Source: Candidatus Obscuribacteraceae bacterium
GTDB lineage: Bacteria > Cyanobacteriota > Vampirovibrionia > Obscuribacterales > Obscuribacteraceae
Reading direction: 5' to 3'
DNA: 64,000 nt
Assembly (NCBI GenBank): GCA_044229845.1
Contig: JBGASG010000013.1
Coordinates: 31,849 to 95,848 of the forward strand
Positions 37,258 to 47,334 of the stretch are shown here, piece after piece. Numbering within the stretch: position 1 is the stretch's first letter; every line of letters begins with the position of its first letter. The notes under the pieces are model-generated. The model worked only from the letters and a program-made list of their open reading frames with translations, did no database searches and was not told the DNA's origin. Made by a program: the position numbers and the translations under genes.

Positions 37258-39582
37258 ATGGACGAATCCGTCAAAACCCGAGCCGTCCGAAAACTCTGCT
37301 CCGAGTGCGGTGAGCAGTACCCGGCTGACGCCCAGGTCTGCAGGCGCGATGGGGCTGCCTTGCTGACCCTGTCTGTGCCTCAAAAAATGCCCGACCCGGC
37401 GGAAGAACTGCTGCCGGTTGGCACCGTGCTCGGCGACCGCTACGAAGTGCTGTCCGTCATCGGCAGTGGTGGCATGGGGATTGTATACAAGGCTCGCCAC
37501 CGACTCATGGATCGCCTGGTGGCGGTCAAGATGTTGAACAGAGAAACCATTGCCAACGCCGAACTACTGGAGAGATTTCAGGGCGAGGCAAAAACAGCCA
37601 GCATGCTCTCCCATCCCAATATCGTTGCGGTGTTCGACTACGGTGTCTTCGAAGAGAAACCCTACCTGGTCATGGATTACGTCGAGGGACGCAGCCTGGA
37701 AGACCTGATCATTGAAGGTCCGATTCCACTGAAGCGCATCTTTTCCATCTTCAGCCAGGCAGCCGATGCCCTTTCTCACGCACACCAGAAGGGTGTGGTC
37801 CATCGCGACGTCAAGCCGAGCAATATCATGATCGAGCAGAACGACATCGATCCCAACTACGTGCGCGTCTTAGATTTCGGCATCGCCAAACTGATGCGCA
37901 CATCCTCACGCAAAGACTCCGGCGAGCACAAGGTGACCAGAGGGGGCGAGGTATTCGGCACCGCTCCGTACATGAGCCCGGAACAATGCATGGGCGGGGA
38001 GATTGGCATCGCCAGCGATATCTACTCGCTGGGGTGTGTTATGTACGAAGCGCTGATCGGCGAGCCTGCCATTCAGGGCAAGGACACCATCGACACTATT
38101 TACAAACAGATCAATGATGAGGCACTGCCACTGCGGACGGTGCGCGCCGATCTGAACATTCCACCGGCGATCGAACAGGTGGTGATGAAAGCTCTGCGTA
38201 AAGACCCGAACCGACGCTATGCAACCATGCATGAACTGCAGGCGTCCCTGGAGGAAGCATTTAAACCGGCGCAGTCCACCGCCGCCGCTAACATCGATCC
38301 TCCCCCAGCAGGCAAGACTGCGTCCGCTGAAAAACGCGCCGCCGGCAGACGCAATTTGCGACGCTGGCTGGTTCCACTGGCTGTGGCAGCAGTTCTTGTG
38401 CCCCTAGCCGGAGCGCTCATTTACCTGGCGGCCGGGGACGGCACTTTCAAGTCGAAGCGGTTGCAGGCAGTTTTGTTTATCCAGGACAACACCGGGAGCG
38501 CCACCAGTGCGTCCGTGATTCCAACACTCAATTCTCTGGCAGCGGAATACCGGCAATCCAATCCTGACTCGATGCCCGCTATACGCACTCAAGAGCGGCT
38601 GACTCAGCTGCTTGAGAAGTATCGCCCCAACACGCGCGAACTGGCAAAGGCGAAACTTGACCTGGCAGAGCTCTTCAGCAGACGCACCAATTCGATTCGC
38701 TCTAAGTCGCTGCGGCGAGAAGCATTACAAGCCTTGCAAACCTATACGGCTTCATTGCCGGACAACGCTGCCGACAAAGAGTCAACACTGAAACAGCAAT
38801 CAGACCTGGCGAAAACCGTTTACGGTGCGACGAGCCTGGAATATGCCGAAGCGCTCTCGCTCTGCGCTCAGCTACACGGAAGAAACCGCGACTGGCAATA
38901 TGCCGAAACAGAATACGGTCAGTCCTTGAAAATTCGCCGTCAGGTATACGGAGAAACCAGCGATAAGTATGCCGATGCACTCGAAGAATACGGTGAGGTT
39001 TGCATTCAGGCTCACAGTTTTACGAAGGCAGCAATGCTTCTGCAAGGTGCGCTTGAGATCAGAGAGAAATTGCACGGCAAAGAGTCCGCACTTTCCGCTC
39101 GCTCCAACCGCTCGCTCGGCAAGCTCTATCAGGACATGGGTCGTACCTCCGATGCCGAGAGCTGTCTGCTGGCAGCCATCGCCAGCCAGGGAGCGGCAAC
39201 CGGCGCTGAAAGTCAGGAGGTAGCTCCGATTTTGACAGAGCTGGCGGCGGTGTACGAAGCTCAACACAACGCCAAGCAAGCGCAGTCCATGTATAAGCTC
39301 GCCCTCACCATCGAAGACAGCCAGTCGAAAAAAGATGCCGCTAGCCAGGACGTCGCCACGACTCTCGAAGGACTTTCCCGCGCTTATGTCGAGCAAGGCA
39401 ATCTGAAAGATGCAGAAATCGCTTTGACAAGGGCTGTATCCTTGCGAGAAGAAAGGGGCGGTGCTCCGCTCGTCGCCGCTCTCCGGCAACTGTCCAAAGT
39501 GCTGGACTCTGAAAACAAGGGCAGCGAAGCGGCAAAGGTTTTGAAGCGCGCGCAAGCGCTGGAGGCGCAGAAAAAGCCATGA
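37258..39582 (+). CDS. Membrane Ser/Thr kinase with C-terminal TPR array
   Basis: N-terminal CSEC..CRRDG; GSGGMG, HRDVKPSN, DFGIAK, YMSPEQC; TM WLVPLAVAAVLVPLAGALIYL; TPRs. Confidence 0.92.
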   Translation: MDESVKTRAVRKLCSECGEQYPADAQVCRRDGAALLTLSVPQKMPDPAEELLPVGTVLGDRYEVLSVIGSGGMGIVYKARHRLMDRLVAVKMLNRETIANAELLERFQGEAKTASMLSHPNIVAVFDYGVFEEKPYLVMDYVEGRSLEDLIIEGPIPLKRIFSIFSQAADALSHAHQKGVVHRDVKPSNIMIEQNDIDPNYVRVLDFGIAKLMRTSSRKDSGEHKVTRGGEVFGTAPYMSPEQCMGGEIGIASDIYSLGCVMYEALIGEPAIQGKDTIDTIYKQINDEALPLRTVRADLNIPPAIEQVVMKALRKDPNRRYATMHELQASLEEAFKPAQSTAAANIDPPPAGKTASAEKRAAGRRNLRRWLVPLAVAAVLVPLAGALIYLAAGDGTFKSKRLQAVLFIQDNTGSATSASVIPTLNSLAAEYRQSNPDSMPAIRTQERLTQLLEKYRPNTRELAKAKLDLAELFSRRTNSIRSKSLRREALQALQTYTASLPDNAADKESTLKQQSDLAKTVYGATSLEYAEALSLCAQLHGRNRDWQYAETEYGQSLKIRRQVYGETSDKYADALEEYGEVCIQAHSFTKAAMLLQGALEIREKLHGKESALSARSNRSLGKLYQDMGRTSDAESCLLAAIASQGAATGAESQEVAPILTELAAVYEAQHNAKQAQSMYKLALTIEDSQSKKDAASQDVATTLEGLSRAYVEQGNLKDAEIALTRAVSLREERGGAPLVAALRQLSKVLDSENKGSEAAKVLKRAQALEAQKKP

Positions 39583-41873
39583 GTTGGGAAGACCACCTGC
39601 CTCCCGATGAACTCTTGAACACGGTGATAGGCGAAAAATACCGGCTCCTGGAGCGGATCGGCGAAGGTGGCATGAGTGTTGTGTATAGAGCATTGCACCT
39701 GCAGCTCGATCGCATGGTGGCAGTCAAAATAGTGCAGGATCGGCACGCCTCACGCGATCCGCAAAGTATGGAGCGTTTTCGGCAGGAAGCTCGCGCCGCC
39801 AGCTCGCTCACCCACCCAAACGTAATTGCCGTCTTTGACTATGGTGTCACCGGCAATGGCATCGCCTACCTGGTTATGGACTTCCTGGACGGCATTGGTC
39901 TGGATGAGGTGCTGCGCAGAGAGCGTCTGTCGCCGTGGCGCTTCGTCCGCATTTTCGGGCAGGTCTGCGATGCGCTCACGCAGGCGCACAGCAAGGGGAT
40001 TATTCATCGCGACATAAAGCCCAGCAACATCATGCTTGTAGACCTGCCTGATCACGAGGACTTCGTGAAAATTCTGGACTTCGGAATCGCTAAGTTTGTC
40101 CCCGGCTCGGTCCCCAGCTCTCAGCAGTTGACACAAGTGGGAGAGATCCTCGGCAGTCCTCTCTACATGAGTCCTGAGCAGTGCATGGGGCAAACTCTGG
40201 ACACACGCTCGGACATCTATTCACTTGGATGTGTCATGTACGAGGCTTTCACCGGTATGGCGCCGATTCAAGGTGAGAACGTGCTGGCCATAATCTACAA
40301 GCACATTCACTACACGCCGCCGGAATTCAGCACCATAATTCCTCCGGAAACGCGAATTCCCGCCGAACTGGAAGAACTGGTGCATAAAGCGTTGAGAAAA
40401 AGTCCTGATGAACGCTGGTCTTCCACTTCGGAAATGAGCAAAGCGATCAGAGCGGCCGGCAAACGACTGCCGATAGAAACCGAAGCTCAACTGAACTTTC
40501 AACCCGATTCCGCGCCCGGTCGTTCGAAACCCGTGGAAAAAACCGGACACAGCACGACTGCGAAATTGTTTCTTGAGAGGATAGCATTTGCCGAAGCAGC
40601 AAAGGGCGAGAACAGTACGGATCTGATTCCGATTCTCGAACAATTAGCTGAGTACTACAAACGGCAGCAAGACTATCAGGAAGCCGAATTACTGTATCAC
40701 CGGTCGGTTCGCATTCTCGTCAATAAATTCGGCGCTTTCTCCCCGCAAGTTGCCGATGCTGTTTTTCATCTGGCGGAGTTTTATCAATCGCTGGGGAGGC
40801 ATCACGAAGCGGAGCCACTGCTTGTCGATCTAGTCACCATCAAAGAGAAGGCCAAGGGCAAAGACAAGCTCGATTTGCCTTTCATCTGGCAATGCCTGGG
40901 CGACGCTTATAAACACACCGGACGCCTTGCCGAGTCAGCAAAGGCATACGGCAAATCGCTGAAAGCGTGCGAGAAGATCTTCGGAAAGACTGACCCGCGG
41001 CTGGCGGCATCAATCAGCAGACTGGCGACGGTATTGTACATGGAAGGCAACTTAAAGGATGCCGCCATCAATTTCAAAAGGCTGGTCTCGATCTATGAAA
41101 GCATCCATGGACCAGCGCACGAATCAGTTGCCGACGCACTCGTTTCTCTAGCGATCATCTATCAGAGCGACAATCAGAATCAGCTATCGGAAGAATGCTT
41201 GCGGCGAGCGCTGTCCACTCAGGAAGAGCTGCTCGGCAAGTACCATCCCAGCGTCGCCTCCACATGCGTCTTTCTTGCCGACTTGTGCAACAGCGAGCAA
41301 CGGCATGTAGAGGCAGAGTATCTCTACAACCGTGCTCTCGATATTCGCTGCAATTACTATGGTGCCAATTCGCTGGAGTCCGCCAGCGCTTACGAATGCC
41401 TGGGCTCTTACTACGCAGTGCTCAACCGCTTTCAAGAAGCGGAGCAGATGTATCGCAGCAGTCTGAGCATCCGCGAGACAGTCCAGGGCTTTACGCACGC
41501 CGATCTGGCCGTACCGGCGCGGTCGCTGGCAATTCTTTATGAACGCAACGGTCAGTATAAGAAGGCAGAGCATTACTATGTGGCGGCGCTGGAAGCGTTG
41601 CAATCGAGTAATTCACCGGATGTGCTGGCAAGCGTCCTGCAATCTCTCGGTAATGCCTACCTGCAGCAGTCCAGGTTCGAAGAGGCTCGTGCCGCATACG
41701 AGCGTGTCATCGGGATCAAAGAAGCGTCCTGGGGAGAAACCCACTCCACACTTCTGGAGACTCTGACGCAGCTGGAAGCTGCTCTGGCAAACCTGCAGGA
41801 AAACCCGGAACTGGAGAAAGTGCGGGCTCGCGCAGCGCGCATCCGCGCCATCAATTCGCTCGATTCGAATTAG
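39579..41873 (+). CDS. Soluble Ser/Thr kinase with C-terminal TPR array
   Basis: GEGGMS, HRDIKPSN, DFGIAK, GSPLYMSPEQC; no TM seen; ATGA overlap with the upstream kinase. Confidence 0.92.
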   Translation: MSWEDHLPPDELLNTVIGEKYRLLERIGEGGMSVVYRALHLQLDRMVAVKIVQDRHASRDPQSMERFRQEARAASSLTHPNVIAVFDYGVTGNGIAYLVMDFLDGIGLDEVLRRERLSPWRFVRIFGQVCDALTQAHSKGIIHRDIKPSNIMLVDLPDHEDFVKILDFGIAKFVPGSVPSSQQLTQVGEILGSPLYMSPEQCMGQTLDTRSDIYSLGCVMYEAFTGMAPIQGENVLAIIYKHIHYTPPEFSTIIPPETRIPAELEELVHKALRKSPDERWSSTSEMSKAIRAAGKRLPIETEAQLNFQPDSAPGRSKPVEKTGHSTTAKLFLERIAFAEAAKGENSTDLIPILEQLAEYYKRQQDYQEAELLYHRSVRILVNKFGAFSPQVADAVFHLAEFYQSLGRHHEAEPLLVDLVTIKEKAKGKDKLDLPFIWQCLGDAYKHTGRLAESAKAYGKSLKACEKIFGKTDPRLAASISRLATVLYMEGNLKDAAINFKRLVSIYESIHGPAHESVADALVSLAIIYQSDNQNQLSEECLRRALSTQEELLGKYHPSVASTCVFLADLCNSEQRHVEAEYLYNRALDIRCNYYGANSLESASAYECLGSYYAVLNRFQEAEQMYRSSLSIRETVQGFTHADLAVPARSLAILYERNGQYKKAEHYYVAALEALQSSNSPDVLASVLQSLGNAYLQQSRFEEARAAYERVIGIKEASWGETHSTLLETLTQLEAALANLQENPELEKVRARAARIRAINSLDSN

Positions 41874-42003
41874 CTAATATGCCGTAGAGAAATTTCTGTC
41901 CAAAACCGGCGGAATCTGTCTAGACACGATAGCGCCCCAATTGCGCTCCCGCATGCCTGATTCCATATCCGTACTCTTCCTTATAACCTAAGGCGGTTCA
42001 CTT

Positions 42004-42561
42004 ATGACAGCCAGAGCCATTGATAATGGTGGCGGCCAGCCGAACGACGGCGGCAAGTCACTTGATCTTTCCAAAGATATTGTCCACCAGATTTTAGATA
42101 TGCGTCGCGAATCCGGTCCGATCTACGGCGGGCCGAATCCCGGCTTTACCGGAGATCGACAAGCCGGAAACGGCAGCATTGCGTTCACCAATTGTTTTCC
42201 GGTCCATAAAAAAGACATCTGGGAAAGAGCAAATTCGGCGCCTAAGGGCGATGACATGAGCAAGCCACCAGAGACGGTGACGATGAGAAACGGAGACAAG
42301 ATAACGATTGGCGGTCCCGAAGGATTCACAATCGTGGATAAGAATGGATGCATGGTGCAACGGACTCTCGAGCCTGCCAAACAGGTGGCCTATGACCTGC
42401 CGGTAAGTTACAAATTATCGAATGGTGCAACATATGTGACCCGCGGCGGCTGGAATCATGACGAGTTCATCAGTTATCCGAACGGAGACTATGTGCACTT
42501 CACCGATGCCGGCAAACTGGTATCCAGCAAGATTAACGGCAAAGAGAAACAGTACGCCTGA
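42004..42561 (+). CDS. Hypothetical protein
   Basis: 185-aa ORF filling the gap; beta-hairpin-like NGD/NGA turns. Confidence 0.6.
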   Translation: MTARAIDNGGGQPNDGGKSLDLSKDIVHQILDMRRESGPIYGGPNPGFTGDRQAGNGSIAFTNCFPVHKKDIWERANSAPKGDDMSKPPETVTMRNGDKITIGGPEGFTIVDKNGCMVQRTLEPAKQVAYDLPVSYKLSNGATYVTRGGWNHDEFISYPNGDYVHFTDAGKLVSSKINGKEKQYA

Positions 42562-42571
42562 AGACTGACTA

Positions 42572-43498
42572 CTAGCGGTTTTTCAGCGTCTTGAGGAACA
42601 TTTCCTCAAAGCCGTCTTTGTCCATCTCGACAGCCATTTTGACTTTCTTGCCGCCAAAAAATGCGGTGGTAGTTTTGCCTGCCGATTTACCTGTGGTGGC
42701 AATGTCGACGCGCGTGTCTTTGAACGTGAATAGATCAGGTTTGATGACGACTGCGACGGTGAGCGTATCCCAGAAGAAATAATTGAACCCGCGCACCAAA
42801 TAATAAAGCGTCGCCGCTAACTTCGATGAACGCGAGCGCTCGCCCTGCTCTTCCAGTTGCTCGAGAAACCGTGGCGTCACCGGCACTTTGTTGGTGACAT
42901 CAAGCGGGATCAGTGTGATTGGCACACCGGATTCGAGTAGAGCCTTTGCGGCGGGAGGGTCTGCGTAGACATTCCATTCGCAGGTGCCGTCACTGTCCGG
43001 TTGTTCAACGTTGCCCGGCACACTGAAGGCACCACCCATGACGATACACTCCTGCACCCGCGATACGAGATCCGGACGCTCCACAAATACTGGTGCCACG
43101 TTGGTCAAAGGTCCAGTGGTGATGATCGTCACCGGTTCTTTCGAGTGCTGCAGTATGTCGGTGATCAGCGCCTGTGACTTACGCGGGCGGCCGGTCTGGT
43201 GTGGTTTCTTCAAAGCGTTGGCACTGAAGATAGGCAATTCGTTGATGACAAAACTCTCGCGTCGCCAATTTTCTGGAAACGCCTTCAAGGGCTGATCTTC
43301 GCTTATACCGACCTCGGCACCATCGAGATCGAGATACGTCGCAATCTTGATCATGCATTCGAAGGCCTGGTGAATGTAGCAGTCGCCTTCAGTGAGAGTG
43401 ACCGCCTGCAAATCTACTTCCGGTGACAGCCACAAGAGAATCGAACTTAAGAGATCGTCTACGTGTCCATCCTGATCGTGGATTACAGAGCGCGCCAT
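42572..43498 (-). CDS. Nucleoside hydrolase (IAG/purine-specific type)
   Basis: DQDGHVDD, TGPLTN, MGGA..GNV, EWNVYADP, PLDVT, FWD. Confidence 0.9.
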   Translation of the reverse strand: MARSVIHDQDGHVDDLLSSILLWLSPEVDLQAVTLTEGDCYIHQAFECMIKIATYLDLDGAEVGISEDQPLKAFPENWRRESFVINELPIFSANALKKPHQTGRPRKSQALITDILQHSKEPVTIITTGPLTNVAPVFVERPDLVSRVQECIVMGGAFSVPGNVEQPDSDGTCEWNVYADPPAAKALLESGVPITLIPLDVTNKVPVTPRFLEQLEEQGERSRSSKLAATLYYLVRGFNYFFWDTLTVAVVIKPDLFTFKDTRVDIATTGKSAGKTTTAFFGGKKVKMAVEMDKDGFEEMFLKTLKNR

Positions 43499-43501
43499 AA
43501 A

Positions 43502-43813
43502 TCAGATAATGCCCAATTCCATTTTCACGTCTTCGGTCGCCATCGAACGTGGATCCCAGCGGGGACTCCAGACCAGTTGCACCTCGGGTTCTTTCACCCA
43601 GGGCAATTTGACCAGCGCCTGGTGCACCTGTCCCTGAATAACCGCTCCCAGCGGACATGCCGGGCTAGTCAAGGTCATGCGCACAACAACCTTGCCCTCA
43701 TCCTTAATGTCGACGCCGTATATCAGACCCAAGTCGACGATGTTGACCCCCAGTTCAGGGTCGACAATACTCTTGAGATGCTCTCGGACGACGTCTTCCT
43801 GAAGCGATGTCAT
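43502..43813 (-). CDS. sufT: DUF59/SufT Fe-S maturation protein
   Basis: DPELGVNIVDLGLIY, MTLTSPACPL, VWSPRW. Confidence 0.88.
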   Translation of the reverse strand: MTSLQEDVVREHLKSIVDPELGVNIVDLGLIYGVDIKDEGKVVVRMTLTSPACPLGAVIQGQVHQALVKLPWVKEPEVQLVWSPRWDPRSMATEDVKMELGII

Positions 43814-43963
43814 GGCGGGCTCCTGTGTCTTCGCTATTGCTTTGGTGATCCACAGATCGTATCAGGTGCAATCTTTCCAAAACAGTTTTCAAGCAGCTTC
43901 TGCACACATTTCGGAAATTCTCGCACCCGGGTAGATGCAGTCATGGTGTAGACTCCACTGCCT

Positions 43964-44833
43964 ATGACGCGAGAGAAACAGTCAGAGCTCCAATCAAGGC
44001 TGTGGTTCGACCAGCGCACACGGCCAGAGGAAATTCGCCTAGAGATCATCGCCAATGCCGAAGCTCTAACGGAGCTGACCATACTCAATCTGGATTTCAT
44101 CAACGGAAAGGATTTCTTCACCGACCTTGAGTTGCCGGCTCTCAAAGAACTGACCATTGCCAGCATTGCCGGCTTGGATTGCCCACAGGGATGGCGATTT
44201 CTCCACGGATTAAGCTCTCTGCGCGCGCTAAGCGTCGGGCGGACGGTTTTTAAAGACTCAATGATCGGTGAGTTGGCAGCGGCTCCATGGTGGCGGTCAC
44301 TAAGGCAGCTCGAGCTGCATATGTTTGACTTGAACAAGACCAGCCTGTGGCCAACGCTGTGGCATGGTCAAGTTCTTCGAATCGAACTGCTTTGTCTGTT
44401 CTACCTAACCGGCGACCATTGCCTGCAAGTCTTGACGGCAAACCTGCCGGATTTGAGGTATCTGATCCTGGGCTCGGAAGCCGACGATCAGATTCTCAAG
44501 ACTCTTGCCGAAACCGCTTTGCCGAGCCTCGAGGATCTGGAATTGCGGCACACCAACATCAGTCCCGAAGCGCTATACACCTTTTTGCACAACCCGCGAC
44601 CAGGGCTGCCGAAATTGAAACGAGTAGGAAAAAACGTCTACAGCGATCGGCGAGTCGACTACTACGACTGGAACGGCGCGGTCGTGGATTGGGGCTATGA
44701 GCTTATGTCCGATGCCGAAGTACACAAGGCATACTTTAAAGACACCGGAGTAAGTCTTTTACCATCCAACTTCGAATTGGATACGCGCTTGCAGTCGAAC
44801 GGGCATCCCCGCCTTCTGTCCCAACCAGGCTAG
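43964..44833 (+). CDS. Leucine-rich repeat-like hypothetical protein
   Basis: Repeated LPALKELTI, LSSLRALSV, LRQLEL, LPDLRYLIL, LPSLEDLEL. Confidence 0.7.
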   Translation: MTREKQSELQSRLWFDQRTRPEEIRLEIIANAEALTELTILNLDFINGKDFFTDLELPALKELTIASIAGLDCPQGWRFLHGLSSLRALSVGRTVFKDSMIGELAAAPWWRSLRQLELHMFDLNKTSLWPTLWHGQVLRIELLCLFYLTGDHCLQVLTANLPDLRYLILGSEADDQILKTLAETALPSLEDLELRHTNISPEALYTFLHNPRPGLPKLKRVGKNVYSDRRVDYYDWNGAVVDWGYELMSDAEVHKAYFKDTGVSLLPSNFELDTRLQSNGHPRLLSQPG

Positions 44834-44859
44834 CTGCCAATCTGCGGTATGATCTGCTG

Positions 44860-46515
44860 ATGCTCTCGGCGAAACACCTTAAGCTCACACTGGTGGCTCT
44901 GGCGGCTACCATAGTGCCGGCGTGCGCTCAAAGCACTGACGCAGCGCAATATGCTCAGCAGGGGCTGCAGTTCTTCGGGTCCCAACAGTTTCAGTCAGCC
45001 ATTAAGTCTTTTGACGAAGCCATTCGGCTGAGTCCGAGTGACGCATCTTACTTTTACTACAGTGGTTGGGCGCATCAAAGCTATGCATATCTGGCTGGTT
45101 CTGCTCAAGAACGCGAACAGGAGCTGACCGAAGCCGAGCGTCAATTTGCCAAAGCCGTCCGATTGCGCGGCGATTATTTCGACGCCTTGATTCATCTGTC
45201 TAACGTTCAATCTGAACTCAAGAAATACAGTGAGAGCCTGAAAAATCTTCAAACAGCGCTGGCAGTACCCGGTGTGCAACCAGCGGACCAGGCGCGGACC
45301 CAACAAGCGATGGCATTCGTGCAGCAGCAGTTAGCGCAGCAGCAGGAAACGTCACAACCTACTGCTAGTGCGCCGCCAGCAGAAACCGAAAGTGCCACTG
45401 CGGCAGAGTCGGAAACTCCGACTGCCTCTCCGGCGGTCGTGGCTGAAGCTCCCAAGGAAATGGATCAAAGCGATTCCGAAGGCGGAGATGATTTCGGCGT
45501 GACACCATCGGCGGAGGCACCGCCAGCCCCTACCGAGGGAGCGACTGGCAGCGATCTCGCTTTCAACGGCTGGACACGTTATGTAGATCCCTCGGAGAAC
45601 TCTTTCTCCGTCGAGGTGCCGGTCGGTTGGAAAACGGAGGGCGGACTCACGCGCGTCAGCGCCATCGATTGCCGCCCATGGGTGAAGGTAACATCACCCG
45701 ATAATTTGTTTTGCGCTTTCATTGGTGACGGGACGATTTCCCCGTGCACCATGCCTAACGCGCAGCTCAGCTCCCTTGGTTTCTACCCGGGACGCAATTA
45801 CAACGGTTCTAAGATTCTGGCTTACATTCCAGCTCGACGCTTTGTTGAAAAGTACGCGTTTTTGAAGTTGAAGTCGGTGATCAGCAACCTGCAGGTCGTT
45901 TCCGAATCAAATCATCCGGATATCGCGCAGGCTGTGAACGGCACGGTGGGAGCCACCAGGTCCGAGTGCGCATCGATCAAAATCACTGGCGACTACGGCA
46001 ACATTCCCGCATCGGGTTATTACATCGCCGCCACAAAAGCCACCGTAATGAATGGCACAGGCATGTGGTGGGTGACCTACATAGCAGGCAATCTGGGGCC
46101 GGCTGCGCGCGATGGGGCGGGTCTGGGAGTGCTTCTGCACATGATGGGTACGTTTCAAATGAATCCGGAGTGGAGCAAACGCTCACACGACACAACCTGG
46201 CGAGTTTCTCAAAATTACAGACAAACCGCTAATCAAATTTCGAATTCGATTATGAACCGATACTGGAGTCAGCAAGCTGCGAACGACAGATTCAACCAGG
46301 CTTACTGGAACCGGCAAGCAGTGCAGGATAAAGCGGCAGGAAACTTCTCTGATTACATCAGAGGTGAACAGACGGTTGCCGATCCTCAGACCGGTCAGCA
46401 GTGGAAAGTCAATCAAGCCAATGAGCACTGGATGGATTCATCGGGAAACATCACAGGCACTGACTATGGCGGACAGCCTGGTCCCGATTGGCGCAAGCTC
46501 AATAACGTTCCCTGA
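44860..46515 (+). CDS. Secreted protein: N-terminal TPRs, acidic Pro/Ala linker, unknown C-terminal domain
   Basis: Signal peptide ..PACA|Q; AIKSFDEAIRLSP TPR; low-complexity linker. Confidence 0.75.
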   Translation: MLSAKHLKLTLVALAATIVPACAQSTDAAQYAQQGLQFFGSQQFQSAIKSFDEAIRLSPSDASYFYYSGWAHQSYAYLAGSAQEREQELTEAERQFAKAVRLRGDYFDALIHLSNVQSELKKYSESLKNLQTALAVPGVQPADQARTQQAMAFVQQQLAQQQETSQPTASAPPAETESATAAESETPTASPAVVAEAPKEMDQSDSEGGDDFGVTPSAEAPPAPTEGATGSDLAFNGWTRYVDPSENSFSVEVPVGWKTEGGLTRVSAIDCRPWVKVTSPDNLFCAFIGDGTISPCTMPNAQLSSLGFYPGRNYNGSKILAYIPARRFVEKYAFLKLKSVISNLQVVSESNHPDIAQAVNGTVGATRSECASIKITGDYGNIPASGYYIAATKATVMNGTGMWWVTYIAGNLGPAARDGAGLGVLLHMMGTFQMNPEWSKRSHDTTWRVSQNYRQTANQISNSIMNRYWSQQAANDRFNQAYWNRQAVQDKAAGNFSDYIRGEQTVADPQTGQQWKVNQANEHWMDSSGNITGTDYGGQPGPDWRKLNNVP

Positions 46516-46538
46516 AACGCGAGGACTTGAGTCCGATT

Positions 46539-47150
46539 TCACCCAAGGAGAACCGGACTCCTGCCGGCGTTAGACAAAGGCAGCGCCAGCAACGCAGCCA
46601 GCCAATATGGCAACAGTTTGAATCGCGCATCGGTTTCCTGCCAGTTGCTCTCCGACCACTGCACCGCTGCATGCTGTACGAAATGAGCCGGGTCACTGTT
46701 CCGTCCCAAATGCCACATCGTACGCAGTTGCACCCCGACCGTTGAGTCTTGGAGAGCAATTTTGCGCAGTGACGCGCCCACAAACTGAATTGGTCCATGG
46801 CATGACCAAATAGTGCTACTGCGTCCATTTGTGGCGAAGATTGCCTCAGCACTCGCCTGAACCTCGATACCGATGCCTCGCGCGAAGTCGATGCTGATCT
46901 CGGCTACAGTTTTGAAGAATGCCTGTGCCTTGGCATGCGCAATCTGCGTGACAGTCGGTTTCGCTGCAGTCCTGTTACCCTTGATGTAGAGCCCTTGCGC
47001 AACGCGGAAAATCTCCCCGCTCTTATTCAGCCGGTAGAGCGCACAATACAAGGTTCCACGTCGCCTCGAAAAGTGCAGCACGTCGCGCGCGCTGAACATC
47101 TCGCCGTCTTTGAGGGTCTCGAGAAATTCTCTCAGTTTTGCGGTAGCCAT
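46539..47150 (-). CDS. DUF6088/AbiEi-like wHTH protein (type IV TA antitoxin-related)
   Basis: FSARD..ALYRL.KSGEI.RVAQGLY wHTH; IA.AKA, FATNGRS, ASLRKIAL, LPYW; AGGAGG 8 nt before ATG 47150. Confidence 0.75.
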   Translation of the reverse strand: MATAKLREFLETLKDGEMFSARDVLHFSRRRGTLYCALYRLNKSGEIFRVAQGLYIKGNRTAAKPTVTQIAHAKAQAFFKTVAEISIDFARGIGIEVQASAEAIFATNGRSSTIWSCHGPIQFVGASLRKIALQDSTVGVQLRTMWHLGRNSDPAHFVQHAAVQWSESNWQETDARFKLLPYWLAALLALPLSNAGRSPVLLG

Positions 47151-47334
47151 CAGGCTCACCTCCTATTTAAAGAGGAAGCGCCCTTCTAACGGTATCACTG
47201 CAATTGAGAGGCAATATATTACTGGCAGGGCATCATGTTGACGAGTCACCGAGGCACTCGATAGTCGAAGCTCTCGATCTCATTTTAATACTTCAAGGGC
47301 TGTCGTCGCCAGCATTTCGCCTCCTCAGGGCGTG

